From: Amphiscolops sp. MND2022 | Lineage: Eukaryota | DNA: 64,000 nucleotides | NCBI GenBank assembly: GCA_964187785.1 | Contig: OZ076409.1 | Span: forward strand, 52,702,001 to 52,766,000 | Direction of reading: 5' to 3' | Shown here: positions 11,220 through 23,359 of the stretch, piece by piece | Layout of the letters: each line of letters opens with the position of its first letter | Numbering within the stretch: position 1 is the first letter of the stretch | Translations under genes and position numbers: made by a program | The notes under the pieces: generated by a model | Seen by the model: the letters and a program-made list of their open reading frames with translations, nothing else | Told to the model about the DNA's origin: nothing | Database searches by the model: none

Positions 11220-12168
11220 CCGTCTAAATTGGGGAAAACTCTTGGACCCTCCGGGCTTAAAATGCTGGTTTTTCTCTGATGGAGACCTCAAAAAATGGCG
11301 AAGAAAACTCGAAAGAGGATCCTTTGATTTCCTATTGGTCTGTGGATCGTGTAAAATATCAAAAAGAGACACTTTGGGGAAGTAAATTTTAGGGGGTAAA
11401 AGGTAAAAAAATTGACCGTTTAATTTGGAGTCTGTCATATGAGGACAAAGCCACTGTAAGATTCGAGAATTTTTTCATACAAATGGCTGAGACTAAAAAT
11501 GGGAAAATTCGAATATTCGAATATTCCAGTGTCTGACGAAGAACTGGGTCATGAGCTCGATTTTCAACCCTTTTCCACGAGCAATGGTTTGACACTAAAA
11601 AATTATGGGACTGTCATTAATGACTGCAAAGAAAATTTTCCAATAAAAACGTATAAAAACATGTCTAAAACAGTGTAAAATTATCAAACTGTTTCATCGC
11701 AAAGAATTTTCCAATTTTTTCATAGTGAATTTCAAGTGCCGCTTGGATGAGAAGTTGTCTTGCTTGTTTGCCGAACTGCGAAATGGATTGCCTTGCTGGT
11801 GCCTTAAACTTTCAAGTCGCCCGGTCATTCACGTCACTCGCAACAAATGGGAGGTTAAAAAAGCTTGAAAATGATTTTTAAATGTCTTAGAAGTGATGTC
11901 GGTTCTGGAAATGGGAGACCAACAATGAGTTGAAAAGGATCATTGAAATTAAGGCACGGGAGGTAGAAATGCTTTGAAAATCACATTTTACAGTCGAATA
12001 CAAAAGCTAATTACCCGAAAACAACTTCAGAAAGGAAAGCGCATCTTCAAAAAATGCCCTTTGGGCATGCTAATTTTTCTTCAACTGCAAAAAGGGTCTA
12101 AAAAAACTTCAAAACATTTCATTTATCACTTACACAATAATATTTAGGATAAAATCAATCAACAAAAT

Positions 12169-12756
12169 ATTCCGGAAATAAATCGTACGATTTGGGAGTG
12201 ACAGATTTCGTCCCACATGGAAATTTTGACAGATTTCGTCCCACACAGATTTCGTCCCATTTTTTAACATTAAAACAGATTTCGTCCCATTTTTTACAGA
12301 TTTCGTCCCAACTAATTATTATAACGTAGTCAGCTATGTTCACATACCCCTAGTGCCCTAAATGCAGGAGCGAAGCGAAGCGGAGCGACGTGCCATATGG
12401 CCATGCCTCAATGTTGCTACTTGGCGAAGGCAGCGAAGCGACCGAGCCATACAACAAATATGCTAAACTGTTCAAAAAATTCAAGTTCCATACATATTGG
12501 CTGTAACAGCTCCGAATGAAGAATCACCGAATTGATTATACCGATTTGCGCTTAATTCTGTGTATAGCATAGAATAATTTCCCATACTATTAGTAATCCG
12601 TGACAAAATCTGTCAAAAGTGGGACGAAATCTGTCAAAAATGGGACGAAATCTGTGTGGGACGAAACTTGTCAAAAATGGGACGAAATCTGTTTAAAATG
12701 GGACGAAATCTGTCTGGGACGAAATCTGCCACATTCGTACGATTTATTTCCGGAAT
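12169..12756. mobile_element. MITE/foldback element with 22-bp terminal inverted repeats and subterminal CAGATTTCGTCCCA arrays
   Basis: ATTCCGGAAATAAATCGTACGA (12169-12190) inverted at 12735-12756; five 14-mers on the left, about six inverted on the right; non-coding. Confidence 0.85.
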
Positions 12757-12771
12757 TAAATACGTAAGAAG

Positions 12772-14332
12772 TGTCACAGTCCGCGCCCGGACTGGATTGA
12801 ATTAAAAGCAAACTAAAACTAATATAGGTCACCGCTTCGCCAATACGATTGAATTTGCGTCGCGACTACGCTACGTCACAGCTATGGCAGCTAGCTAGAA
12901 TTTCATTCCAAAATGTGACGTCAGCATGTCGTCTAACTTGGCAGCTAGTCAGAAATTCATTCCAAAATGTGACGTCAGCATCTCGTCTAACTTGGCAACT
13001 AGCTAGAAAGTATTCTAAATCAGACGACGATATGACGTCACAGCTATGGCAGCTAGCTAATTTTCATTCCAAATTTACGTCCACTATATCGGCGGACTAA
13101 GTCTAATACTAATACGTACGTCCAAGTTACGTCGCAAATCCATCAAAATAGCTGTTTTATTCCATCCAAAACACCACATTGACGTCCACGCTACGTCCAC
13201 TATAATGGCGGACTAAGTGTAATACCAAATTTACGTCCACTCTACGTCCCAATTTTATAAAATTAGGCGTTTTAGTCTGTATTAAGTTTAAAAGAAGCTT
13301 TATTTTACTACGGTTAAACTAATCGAAGCTAAAATATGAATCAACGTCAACACTACGTCGCAATTTAACTAACCAAACCAAATTTTGAATCTACGTCAGT
13401 ATTGCGTCGACTAAGATTCAATTCGAACGGAATATGGTATTTAAGCCAGGATTTTTCAGATTTACTTAAAATAACAGTGTTTTGATACGATTTACATTGA
13501 AAAGTCACAGTTTATATTCAACTTGTGTTAACAAAATGAAGTCCAAGCTGGATTTTAAATGTACGTTTTGACTACCTAATTTCATAAGTTCATATGCTGT
13601 TTGACGATGTCACGTCGTCTTTTATTGTTGCTCAAAGGTGTTGCTCCTAACTTTAATCAGATAAATATTTATCAATTGTTGAAATATATAATTGTTTAGC
13701 CTCATGTAAATCAGTCACTCTCTTAGCATCACCAAATTGCCTAAATCAAGATAATTAGTCATAATTTTCTTCAAGTGGAAATTCAAAATCAGGTATTAGT
13801 TGTTCACGTCAGCGTCATCTCCGCGTCGGTTTCTTACGAACCAAAGCAGAAAAACGGGGAAGTATTTCCGGTTTGACAGACTGAAGTAATATCTACTTCC
13901 TGCTTGGGAGGAAGCAAAAGGACGCCGGAATGAAATGATATGATCATGATTGATGTCTAATACTAGATTAGAATTGCCGTGTCTTAAAAATTGACGAAAT
14001 GCTGACGAAGATCAAAGTTTTCCCGCAAAATTACAGGAAGTGACTAATATCTCGATAGAAATTAAAGTACGCGAGTATGAACAGATGATGCTAGGAGGGT
14101 ATATATAGCTTGTACCTGTAAACTTATTCATTCAATTTCTGATTCAATCTGCTGTCTTGTATCAAATTCTACTTTGTTTTGTTAAAACAATTACTCTGCA
14201 AACTTCAATTCAAAATTGATAAATCCGAAAATCTTTTCATCAAGAGAAGCTAGAAAAGAAGAATGACCTTCAAAAAAGCAACAACAATAATCAGAAATGT
14301 ACAGAACAACGACCCTAACAGGAGTCGTAACA
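12772..14332 (+). repeat. 5' LTR of element C
   Basis: TGTCACAG...CGTAACA; direct repeat of 16077-17637; 54-bp internal repeats from 12914; TATATATA near 14100. Confidence 0.95.
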
Positions 14333-14344
14333 TGGTGACAGGAG
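14333..14344 (+). promoter_or_regulatory. Primer binding site TGGTGACAGGAG (element C)
   Basis: Directly follows LTR CA; identical to A and B. Confidence 0.9.
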
Positions 14345-14466
14345 TTTTGGACCTTTCAACAAATGTACCCAAGAAAACCTCAGCTTAAACTAACGTCCAA
14401 AGAGCGTCCCTGCATTTTGCGGAAACTCTTCGTCCCAGAAACGAAGACGAACATACACTAATTGAG

Positions 14467-14592
14467 CAACGCAACCCAAACGGCAAATGGAGACTACTTG
14501 TTGACCGACTGATGATAAACGAGTTAAAATTCGACGACTACACCAACAACACTCAACCCGTCAGTACATCGTCAGATGCAGTCCAACACCTG
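14467..14592 (+). pseudogene. Reverse transcriptase remnant in element C
   Basis: QRNPNGKWRLLVDRLMINELKFDDYTNNTQPVSTSSDAVQHL aligns with A QKKPNGKLRLLVDLRKINNLISDDYINNNHPVSTLVDAAQHL. Confidence 0.85.
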
Positions 14593-15015
14593 CCGAAGAC
14601 ATCGTTTACCACAACACGAGGTTCCAAAAGCTGGCAACATACCCCTGGGGCGTTACCTTTGCCCAGAGTCGGGTGAATTAGCTCACATCGGTAAGTATTA
14701 AAAAAAAGAAAAACTAGACTCTTCCTGAGGCCGAGATGTGCGCTCGAAAGATGACAAAGACGTAATCACTGAAGCACACATTCCCGAATCGACTAGTCAG
14801 AAAATCTAAGCTATGAACATACAAAAGCAGAAAAGGCCTATCTGCAGTTTCGTATGATTCAGAAAAGCTTAATGGAACGCGGAATGTTACAAACCTAAGG
14901 GTTGCTGAAAAACCAGCGCGTTGGCGTCACTAAGACGCACATCTCCCTCAGAGAACAAAAATGAGTCCTATTATCGTCTTGCAGACCATGACCTTTTAAG
15001 ATCATATGTATCTTA

Positions 15016-15175
15016 AAATGACCGGGTTATAACAGCCCATATGCAAAGACGACGCAAGATTGACGTCGCAAATGACCGGGTTATAACAACCCATATACAA
15101 AGACGACGCAGTATTGACGTCGCAAATGACCAGGGTTATAACAGCCCAATACTGATACGACGTCATTATGACGTC
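15016..15175. repeat. 54-bp tandem repeat, about 3 copies, containing TGACGTC
   Basis: AAATGACC(G/A)GGGTTATAAA-like unit starts at 15016, 15070 and 15124. Confidence 0.85.
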
Positions 15176-15224
15176 AACAGTGACCGCAAAAAATTGAAGT
15201 TGGCTTATCGCTAACAAAAGACGC

Positions 15225-15500
15225 TGACGTCATCAAAACGGTGACAAAATCTAAAGTTGGCTAATTACCAACGAAATTGACGTCGGCATAACGTCGACAC
15301 AAAGGTTATCAGGGTTAAGAATTAATCCTATAATCTATAATGACGTCATCAAAACGGTGACAAATTCAAAAGTTAGCTATGCTAACGAAATTGACGTCAG
15401 CAAAACGTTGACAACTTTGGTCAAACGAATTAATTTAATTCGTGGCCAATAAAAACGGGACGTTGGCAAAACGTCAACACCTGGGACTATAAAGGAATTA
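15225..15500 (+). promoter_or_regulatory. TGACGT-rich putative internal promoter, homologous to B 27640-27910
   Basis: Colinear with the reverse complement of the B spacer; CCAAT at ~15446 and TATAAA at ~15488 upstream of the 15549 ORF. Confidence 0.6.
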
Positions 15501-15548
15501 AAAGACAGCTTCTACCACCTCCCAAAAAGTGCTATACCGAACTACAGA

Positions 15549-15752
15549 GTGGTACCGGAAATGTCACATTCCTCTGGGAAAGCGTACAACCAAAACAATC
15601 CTCTGTTCAGTTTTGACAACCCCACGAGATATCTTCGTCCCATGAGAGTGGCCCTGTCACAGTCCGCGCCCGGCCTGGATTGTGGTTGCCGAGAGGCGCA
15701 GTTTGGACGTGATCATGGATGCATTATGAAAACAGTTAGACTATCTTATTAA
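15549..15752 (+). CDS. Short accessory ORF with CGC...FGR.HGC motif, homolog of the C-terminus of B ORF 26746-27501
   Basis: RPMRVALSQSAPGLDCGCREAQFGRDHGC vs RPMTVALSQSAPGLGCGCLRVGFGRGHGC, with many synonymous differences. Confidence 0.55.
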   Translation: MVPEMSHSSGKAYNQNNPLFSFDNPTRYLRPMRVALSQSAPGLDCGCREAQFGRDHGCIMKTVRLSY

Positions 15753-16076
15753 ACTGAAATAAACTGTGACAAGTTAAAACCATCAAAATCTAAATTATGA
15801 ATGATTTCAGAACTTAAAACATTCCGAGATAGTTTCACACATTTCCGGACATGCGTAGTGATGACAGTAGAATTTTAATCATTTTCCTGCAAAATGCAAC
15901 CGAGACATATCATTGGAATTACTTGTCGCAAAAAGAACGAAACTACGTCAAAATTTAGGACTAAAGAAAACAAAAACAATTTGATAACCAATTAATTGAC
16001 GGTAAAATACTTCCCTAACATCATCTCTTTCATTTTATCAAGCCCCCGAGAACCATTCGTCCTATGAGAGTGGCCC

Positions 16077-17637
16077 TGTCACAGTCCGCGCCCGGACTGG
16101 ATTGAATTAATAGCAAACTAAAACTAATATAGGTCACCGCTTCGCCAATACGATTGAATTTGCGTCGCGACTACGCTACGTCACAGCTATGGCAGCTAGC
16201 TAGAATTTCATTCCAAAATGTGACGTCAGCATGTCGTCTAACTTGGCAGCTAGTCAGAAATTCATTCCAAAATGTGACGTCAGCATCTCGTCTAACTTGG
16301 CAACTAGCTAGAAAGTATTCTAAATCAGACGACGATATGACGTCACAGCTATGGCAGCTAGCTAATTTTCATTCCAAATTTACGTCCACTATATCGGCGG
16401 ACTAAGTCTAATACTAATACGTACGTCCAAGTTACGTCGCAAATCCATCAAAATAGCTGTTTTAATCCATCCAAAACACCACATTGACGTCCACGCTACG
16501 TCCACTATAATGGCGGACTAAGTGTAATACCAAATTTACGTCCACTCTACGTCCCAATTTTATAAAATTAGGCGTTTTAGTCTGTTTTAAGTTTAAAAGA
16601 AGCTTTATTTTACTACGGTTAAACTAATCGAAGCTAAAATATGAATCAACGTCAACACTACGTCGCAATTTAACTAACCAAACCAAATTTTGAATCTACG
16701 TCAGTATTGCGTCGACTAAGATTCAATTCGAACGGAATATGGTATTTAAGCCAGGATTTTTCAGATTTACTTAAAATAACAGTGTTTTAATACGATTTAC
16801 ATTGAAAAGTCACAGTTTATATTCAACTTGTGTTAACAAAATGAAGTCCAAGCTGGATTTTAAATGTACGTTTTGACTACCTAATTTCATAAGTTCATAT
16901 GCTGTTTGACGATGTCACGTCGTCTTTTATTGTTGCTCAAAGGTGTTGCTCCTAACTTTAATCAGATAAATATTTATCAATTGTTGAAATATATAATTTT
17001 TTAGCCTCATGTAAATCAGTCACTCTCTTAGCATCACCAAATTGCCTAAATCAAGATAATTAGTCATAATTTTCTTCAAGTGGAAATTCAAAATCAGGTA
17101 TTAGTTGTTCACGTCAGCGTCATCTCCGCGTCGGTTTCTTACGAACCAAAGCAGAAAAACGGGGAAGTATTTCTGGTTTGACAGACTGAAGTAATATCTA
17201 CTTCCTGCTTGGGAGGAAGCAAAAGGACGCCGGAATGAAATGATATGATCATGATTGATGTCTAATACTAGATTAGAATTGCCGTGTCTTAAAAATTGAC
17301 GAAATGCTGACGAAGATCAAAGTTTTCCCGCAAAATTACAGGAAGTGACTAATATCTCGACAGAAATTAAAGTACGCGAGTATGAACAGATGATGCTAGG
17401 AGGGTATATATAGCTTGTACCTGTAAACTTATTCATTCAATTTCTGATTCAATCTGCTGTCTTGTATCAAATTCTACTTTGTTTTGTTAAAACAATTACT
17501 CTGCAAACTTCAATTCAAAATTGATAAATCCGAAAATCTTTTCATCAAGAGAAGCTAGAAAAGAAGAATGACCTTCAAAAAAGCAACAACAATAATCAGA
17601 AATGTACAGAACAACGACCCTAACAGGAGTCGTAACA
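16077..17637 (+). repeat. 3' LTR of element C
   Basis: Direct repeat of 12772-14332; about 7 substitutions seen by eye. Confidence 0.95.
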
Positions 17638-17950
17638 AGAAGGTCAAATTTTTGCATATTTCAGATATTTTAGTTTCATTCTGTTTCAATCTTACTTCAC
17701 TTTTTCAGACATATGGGTGTTCCGTTTTGGGGATGTCATCTGCATCGAAGATTTATTAATTTTTTTGTTACAATTTTTCATGTTAAGATTTCGAGATGCC
17801 TCTGTTTGTTGTGGATTGTATTTCGGAATCCGTCAGTCGATTCCTGATACATTTCTTACATTCTGAGCATTCTCTTGAGCTTATACTGTCATGTAAATTA
17901 TTTATTTCCAATCTTTTTTCATAGTAGTCCCTTAGAAAGTTGTTTTTTAT

Positions 17951-18039
17951 ACCCTGGCAAAAAGGTCGGCGGACCATCGATTGGCCATCGATGGGAATGC
18001 GATGGTCCATCGATGGCCCATGGATGGGCTGCCCTGGGA
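17951..18039. repeat. Short CCC...GGG element with CCATCGATGG palindromes
   Basis: Repeated CCATCGAT(T/G)G motifs bounded by CCCTGG and CTGGG. Confidence 0.4.
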
Positions 18040-19047
18040 TCCGAACTCGGGGTACAATTTAATCAGATTTCACAAAATAGTTTCCAAATTTTTAAAAATG
18101 TAAACGTTGAAAATTTGATTGAAAGACCCGAGTCATGGATTAATCATTTGTTGAGTTAATGAAAACAATTATTACAGTAAATGATTATTAATACCTTTTT
18201 GTGGTCTTAATTCAATACAGGCGAAGCTCTCAGCGAACGAATGATTACTTATCACTCGCTGGCTTTTTGTCAACTAAATTGTCTTCTCTAGTTGCTAAGA
18301 GAGAAAAATCGTCAGCGATACAAAAACATTCTTTGACAATTTTTCTCTAATTTTCTTGAATTTTCAAAATTGAAGGAAATTTTCAAAAAACAGTCCCTTG
18401 AAATGTTCTTCACTAATTTCGAAGCCATATTTTGATCTATGGTCCAGGAGTTTTCGAATTTCCCGAACTACTCGTTCAATTTTCAGGCTGGAAGCTCATC
18501 TAAAAAAGTTTTTCCGTTGAAAACATTTTACGATGCAATCTGATGCAATAAAATTTTATATTTTTCATCAGTCAAACATCTCATTCGATGTGCTTAAATT
18601 TGTCAAATGCAATATTATTTGAACGCACGCAACCTTAGAAAGATCACAGAGTCCCATATTTCTTTCGAAAGTTTAAAGTTTGACTGTCGATAGATTTGTT
18701 CATTGCTCCAAGTCTCAACAACTGGAAAATTCAGTCAGTCATGTAACATCTAACTAGGCGCATCCATAACGTCGACTAAATTTGACGAAATTTATGGCTG
18801 CAAAATGGTGGTTGACTTTCCTCATCTTTGCGCCAATTGAAAAATTTTCTGACTATACAAATATGTAAATATGTAAACATCAAGATATTATCAATTTTTA
18901 TTAACCGTTTCATTTTATAATCAAAATGAATTGTTTGGATGAAGTATAGAAATGACACATGTCAATTATCATGGTACGTTACATTAATTTGATTTAGTAC
19001 CAGCTCGATAATATCATTGATACGGGGGATTTCAACGCGTGATCAAA

Positions 19048-19383
19048 CCCATGTAGAGCTTTCCTTGAGAATCTGTTCAGATCTGTGTACCTTTTTTCCT
19101 CGCGGATCTGTAAAGATCGTGCCACTGCTACGTTAGGACAACTGCAGATCTGCAAGGATCTTTACAGATGTTCTAGGATTTTCTGTACAGATTTTTCAGT
19201 AAATTTTTTTTCAAAGCTTTTAACCGAACAATGTAATGATTTTTCGCGCTTCTTCAACTACTTTACCAATTAAATTTCAATTCCAAAACTGTATTTACGA
19301 CTAATTAATTTTCGATAAATCCTGGAGTATCTGCCAGGATCTGTACAGATCTGTACAGATTCGCAGAGAGGGCTCAACATGGG
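19048..19383. mobile_element. MITE with ~40-bp imperfect TIRs (CCCATGT...ACATGGG)
   Basis: CCCATGTAGAGCTTTCCTTGAGAATCTGTTCAGATCTGT matches the reverse complement of the end, CCCATGTTGAGCCCTCTCTGCGAATCTGTACAGATCTGT; AA on both flanks. Confidence 0.75.
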
Positions 19384-20368
19384 AATTCATTCTTGGACAT
19401 GTTTTGCAAAGATTTGACAAAGATTGGACATATCCTGCAAAGACACAACTAAATGTATGTGGATTGTACATGCACTAGTTGAATCTGCTGGGAAGTTTTT
19501 CAAGATGCTTCCATGCATGCTGGGTTAGTTTTTTATGTGTGGAATCATTCATCCAGAATGGAAAATTCTGGGAATCCGGTTGGAAACACTTTGCAATCAA
19601 TTAAAAGCGAAAACAATTCCTCTCCTTGACCGCTTCGATCACTTTGTTTTCACACTTTATTTTCCCAACACCTAATTTTGTGTAATCTCCATTAGTCGAA
19701 GTGCACGCTGGATATGACGCTACTTTTGAAACTAGAAAGAAATTGAAGGTTGTTTACATTGAAATGGCAGTAAAATTGATGAGGTCTCCGCTGCTTTTTT
19801 GCCAGGCTTCGTGGCTCCGAATTGCCGCCAAATTTAGGATGCATCCTATAGGCAGCTTGGTAAAATTGAATCGGTGAAGTTTAGATTCATAGAAGTTTCA
19901 TGGAAGAGTTCTATTAAAGCGTGATAAATAAAAATGGGTAACCTACAGAAACCTGTAAAAATTCAAGCAGTATCAACTTCGGGTGTAAAACGAAATATTG
20001 TCAAAATAATATTGCGATAACATAGTCAGCTACGATTGCATACCTCTAGTACCTTATATACAAGAGCGAAGAGAGGCAGAGTGACTTGTCATTAGAAGTC
20101 CAGCAGCTGATTTTGACAAAGGTTGAGTCGTACAATCAATATGAAATGCCTATAAGGCATTCCATAAAGCCGATACTAATTTGACAATCATTATTGTTGA
20201 AATATTGAACTTTTTGGCTAAACGGAACCAATTTCATTTTTGGATAAGTGCCCGGGTTGACCTTCTTATTACAATCTTGGCTGTCATGGCAAGTTCTTGA
20301 AAAATTCTTACTACATCCTGGCAACAATGGATCCCATGGCAAAATTCGTTCCGAGATCTTACTAAGAA

Positions 20369-20686
20369 TGTCAAGTTTTACCATCCGCCTCGCAAGGCGG
20401 GAATGATCGAATGGTGAGTCACGACCCTTAAGGTTCAAGTACCTGCTAGATGACATCGCACACACAACGCTTGATGCCGCACATTCATGTATCTGTTTGT
20501 GCGATACAACAGACAACTCTTGAATCCACACATTTTTGTTGACTGACAGGTACCTGTCGAGGTGCTATTTATACCCGATGCTGAACCACTTCTACCATCA
20601 ATTGCAATTGTAAATACATGAACCAACTCTGATCATAACTAATCAATCTCAATTCAGTTCTTCATTCCTACCCAACCTGTTTTGAA
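20369..20686 (+). repeat. Copia 5' LTR
   Basis: Direct repeat of 22909-23154 with an extra ~100-bp block. Confidence 0.85.
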
Positions 20687-20700
20687 GGTTATGGGCCCAG
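20687..20700 (+). promoter_or_regulatory. Copia PBS GGTTATGGGCCCAG (internal tRNA-iMet complementarity, as in Drosophila copia)
   Basis: Motif recognised from copia, directly after the LTR. Confidence 0.85.
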
Positions 20701-20759
20701 CAGCTTCCCAGACGACGCCATCTATTCAGCTGATCACAGCCTCACCAACGCAGATCACG

Positions 20760-22900
20760 ATGACGGCACCACGACACTCTCGACAAGAGAAGCTGCTGTT
20801 TAGTGGACGAGAAGATGACTTCCCACTTTTCTGGAGCAATTCGAAGCAAGAGTCTATGCCCTGGGACTTTCTGACTGCCTTCTGGACAGAATCAAAACAA
20901 AGCCTCAGAAAGATGTGGAGACGAATGACGAACGTGTCAAGCGAGAAGGGGAAGAAGCAGATCGAGCCAAACTACAGTACATGGTGTGGTGCGAGCTGGT
21001 TCAGTACCTTGACAAGGCAAGCATCAACTTCATCAGAGGGCACAAGCCGAATGGGACTGCAGCCTGGACAGTTTTGGCGAAAATTGATCAGTCCACTCGG
21101 CGCATGGCAAGACCTCTTTTGAGATGTTTCACGGAAGCAAGCCTGACCTTTCATCTTCACGTGTTTGGGTGCCAGTCGTTTGTGCTCAACGAAGTCAGGA
21201 AGAAGCTGGACAGCAAGGCACGGGAAGCTAATCTACTGGGATACTCGGGAAACTCTAAGGCATATGTGGTGGCCTCAACAGACGGGTCAGAGACAAGGGC
21301 ACCAAAGGTCTGGGTATCACGAAACGTCAACTTCAACGACGATGCATTTCCTTACCAACGTGGTTCTGCAGTCATCCAAGAAGAGAGCGAGAACGATGAT
21401 GCATCTCAATCGGATGTTGATGATGGAAATCGGTGTTAGATGAACAATGCGAGGCCACATCTACGAAAACCCATGCAATCCAGGACGAATCAGAAGATAA
21501 CATCAATCCAGATGAAGGGACACCCAATGTTACAGACAGTACAGCACCAGTGCAGCAGACGACAACCAGATGTTCGGGAAGGACTCGAAGGGTCCCTCAA
21601 CACTTCGGCGACTATGTGACAGGGAAGGAATTGGAGAACCTGGCACTTCACTGTGATGCTTTGATTTCAAGCGGCCTTTCAAGCAATACAGCAGACGCAC
21701 TTGCGGATCCCAACTGGACACCAGCGATGGACAGAGAATTCAAATCACTGAAAGAAAATGGTGTCTGGGAGCTAGTCAAGCCACTATCAGGACGAGGCAT
21801 CATCAGCGGAAAGTGGCATTTTGCTCATAAACTAGATGACAAAGGAAACGTGGTAAGGGTACAAGGCGCGATTCGTGGCACGGGGGTTCACTCAGACAAC
21901 AGCCCTTGCTTACTGACTCTGACGAGGAGTGGTCACAAGTGCTGGATACTGATCTGGGTGGATGATATTTTTTACGGGTCAACTGACAATCAATTTACCA
22001 CGTGGTTCATTGACAAGATGAGTGAGCGGTTTAACATTGGCGGAAGCGGTCCTCTGACGTGGTTCTTGGGATTTTTCCTTCAAGTGTGGTGACGGTTCGC
22101 TGACAATGAAGCATCAGGGGTATGTGAGCACCCTACTTCGCAAACACGGAATGGGCAAGTGCAAGGCAGCTTCAACACCACTCGCAGACAAGCTGGAGCC
22201 GACGAAGGACCAGATGCCAGAAGACGGATAGGATGAGCAACAGGAAATGTTGAGACATGACTACAGAGGCCTAGTGGGTAGCATTGCTTACCTCTCACTG
22301 TCCACTCGACCTGACATGGCTATCCCGGCCCACCTACTTTCTCGATTTCTTAGCAACCCTGGATTTGCTCACTGGCGAGTAGCGAAGCACGTGTTACGCT
22401 ACCTCAGAGGCACAGCTGACGTACTTTCATGAAGTGTGATGATACAGGCCTAAATGAATACATGGATTCAGACTATGCCAGCTGCAAGGACAATAGAGGA
22501 AGCATCACTGGTTTCTGCTTCAACGTGGGTAGTGGGGCAATATCGTGGGCTAACAGACGACAAACGTGTGTAGCGATTTAAACCACTGAGGCAGAACTTC
22601 ATGCCTTGAGCGAAGCCGTAAAGGAAGCGGTGCTTTCGCGTGGGATTCTGGACACTCTTGAAGAAACCATAGCGACGACTTTGTTCACGGACAGTCAATC
22701 GTGCTTAGCATTGGCAACCAGAGATGACAACAGCGCAAAGACGAAACACTTTGCAACTCGGATGGCTTATGTTCGGGAGACAGTAAAGAATCAGTCGATT
22801 GATCTGAAGTTCATTGCCAGTGGTGAAAATTGCGCTGACATTTTCACGACGTGACTGGGTAAGACGAAGACCCAACAACACATTGCTCAGCTGTTGGCAA
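20760..22900 (+). pseudogene. Fragmented Copia gag-pol (gag N-terminus, IN tail, partial RT, RNase H)
   Basis: HVFGC...KKLDSKA...LGYS...KAY; WTPAMDREFKSLKENGVWELV; IWVDD; YRGLVGSIAYLSLSTRPD; TDSQS; ADIFT; protease and IN core deleted. Confidence 0.9.
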
Positions 22901-22908
22901 TGCGGGGG

Positions 22909-23154
22909 TGTCAAGGTTTACCATCAGCCTCGCAAGGCGGGAATGATCGAATGGTGAGCCACGACCCCTAAGGTTCAAGTACCTGCAAGATGACATCGAA
23001 CAAACAACTTTTGATGCCGCACATTCATGTACCTGTTTGTGCGATACAACAGACAACTCTCATGACAACCTCAGACAACAGACAATCTCAGATACCGCAC
23101 ATTTTTTGTTGATTCTGAATTCAGTTCTTCATTCCTACCCAACCTGTTTTAAAA
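22909..23154 (+). repeat. Copia 3' LTR
   Basis: Preceded by GCGGGGG; followed by TSD AAGAA. Confidence 0.85.
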
Positions 23155-23359
23155 AAGAAAAATCATTGTTTCACGATGGAATCTTACGACGATCCACAAA
23201 TTCTATGATTTCAAAACTTCGATGAAGAGTTCTTAAGAGAATTACAATTGTATAATAATTCATTCTATTGCCGGGTCTTTACACGTTTTTTCAGCATAAG
23301 CATGATCTGTAAAGATTCAAAATATCTGCAAATAAGATTTGAAAGATCATCGTTGTACT

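Larger units (their letters stand above)
12772..17637 (+). mobile_element. Non-autonomous LTR retrotransposon C (deletion derivative related to B)
   Basis: Two 1561-bp near-identical TG...CA LTRs, perfect 5-bp TSD AGAAG (12767-12771, 17638-17642), PBS, short gag and RT remnants only. Confidence 0.95.
20369..23154 (+). mobile_element. Internally deleted Ty1/Copia LTR retrotransposon
   Basis: LTRs 20369-20686 and 22909-23154, TSD AAGAA, Copia-type PBS GGTTATGGGCCCAG, G-run PPT, IN-RT-RNaseH order. Confidence 0.93.

Noticed and set aside
12200..12730. CRISPR-like array
   Set aside because: Repeats are 14 bp, irregularly spaced, inverted between halves, lack unique spacers and cas genes, and the context is eukaryotic
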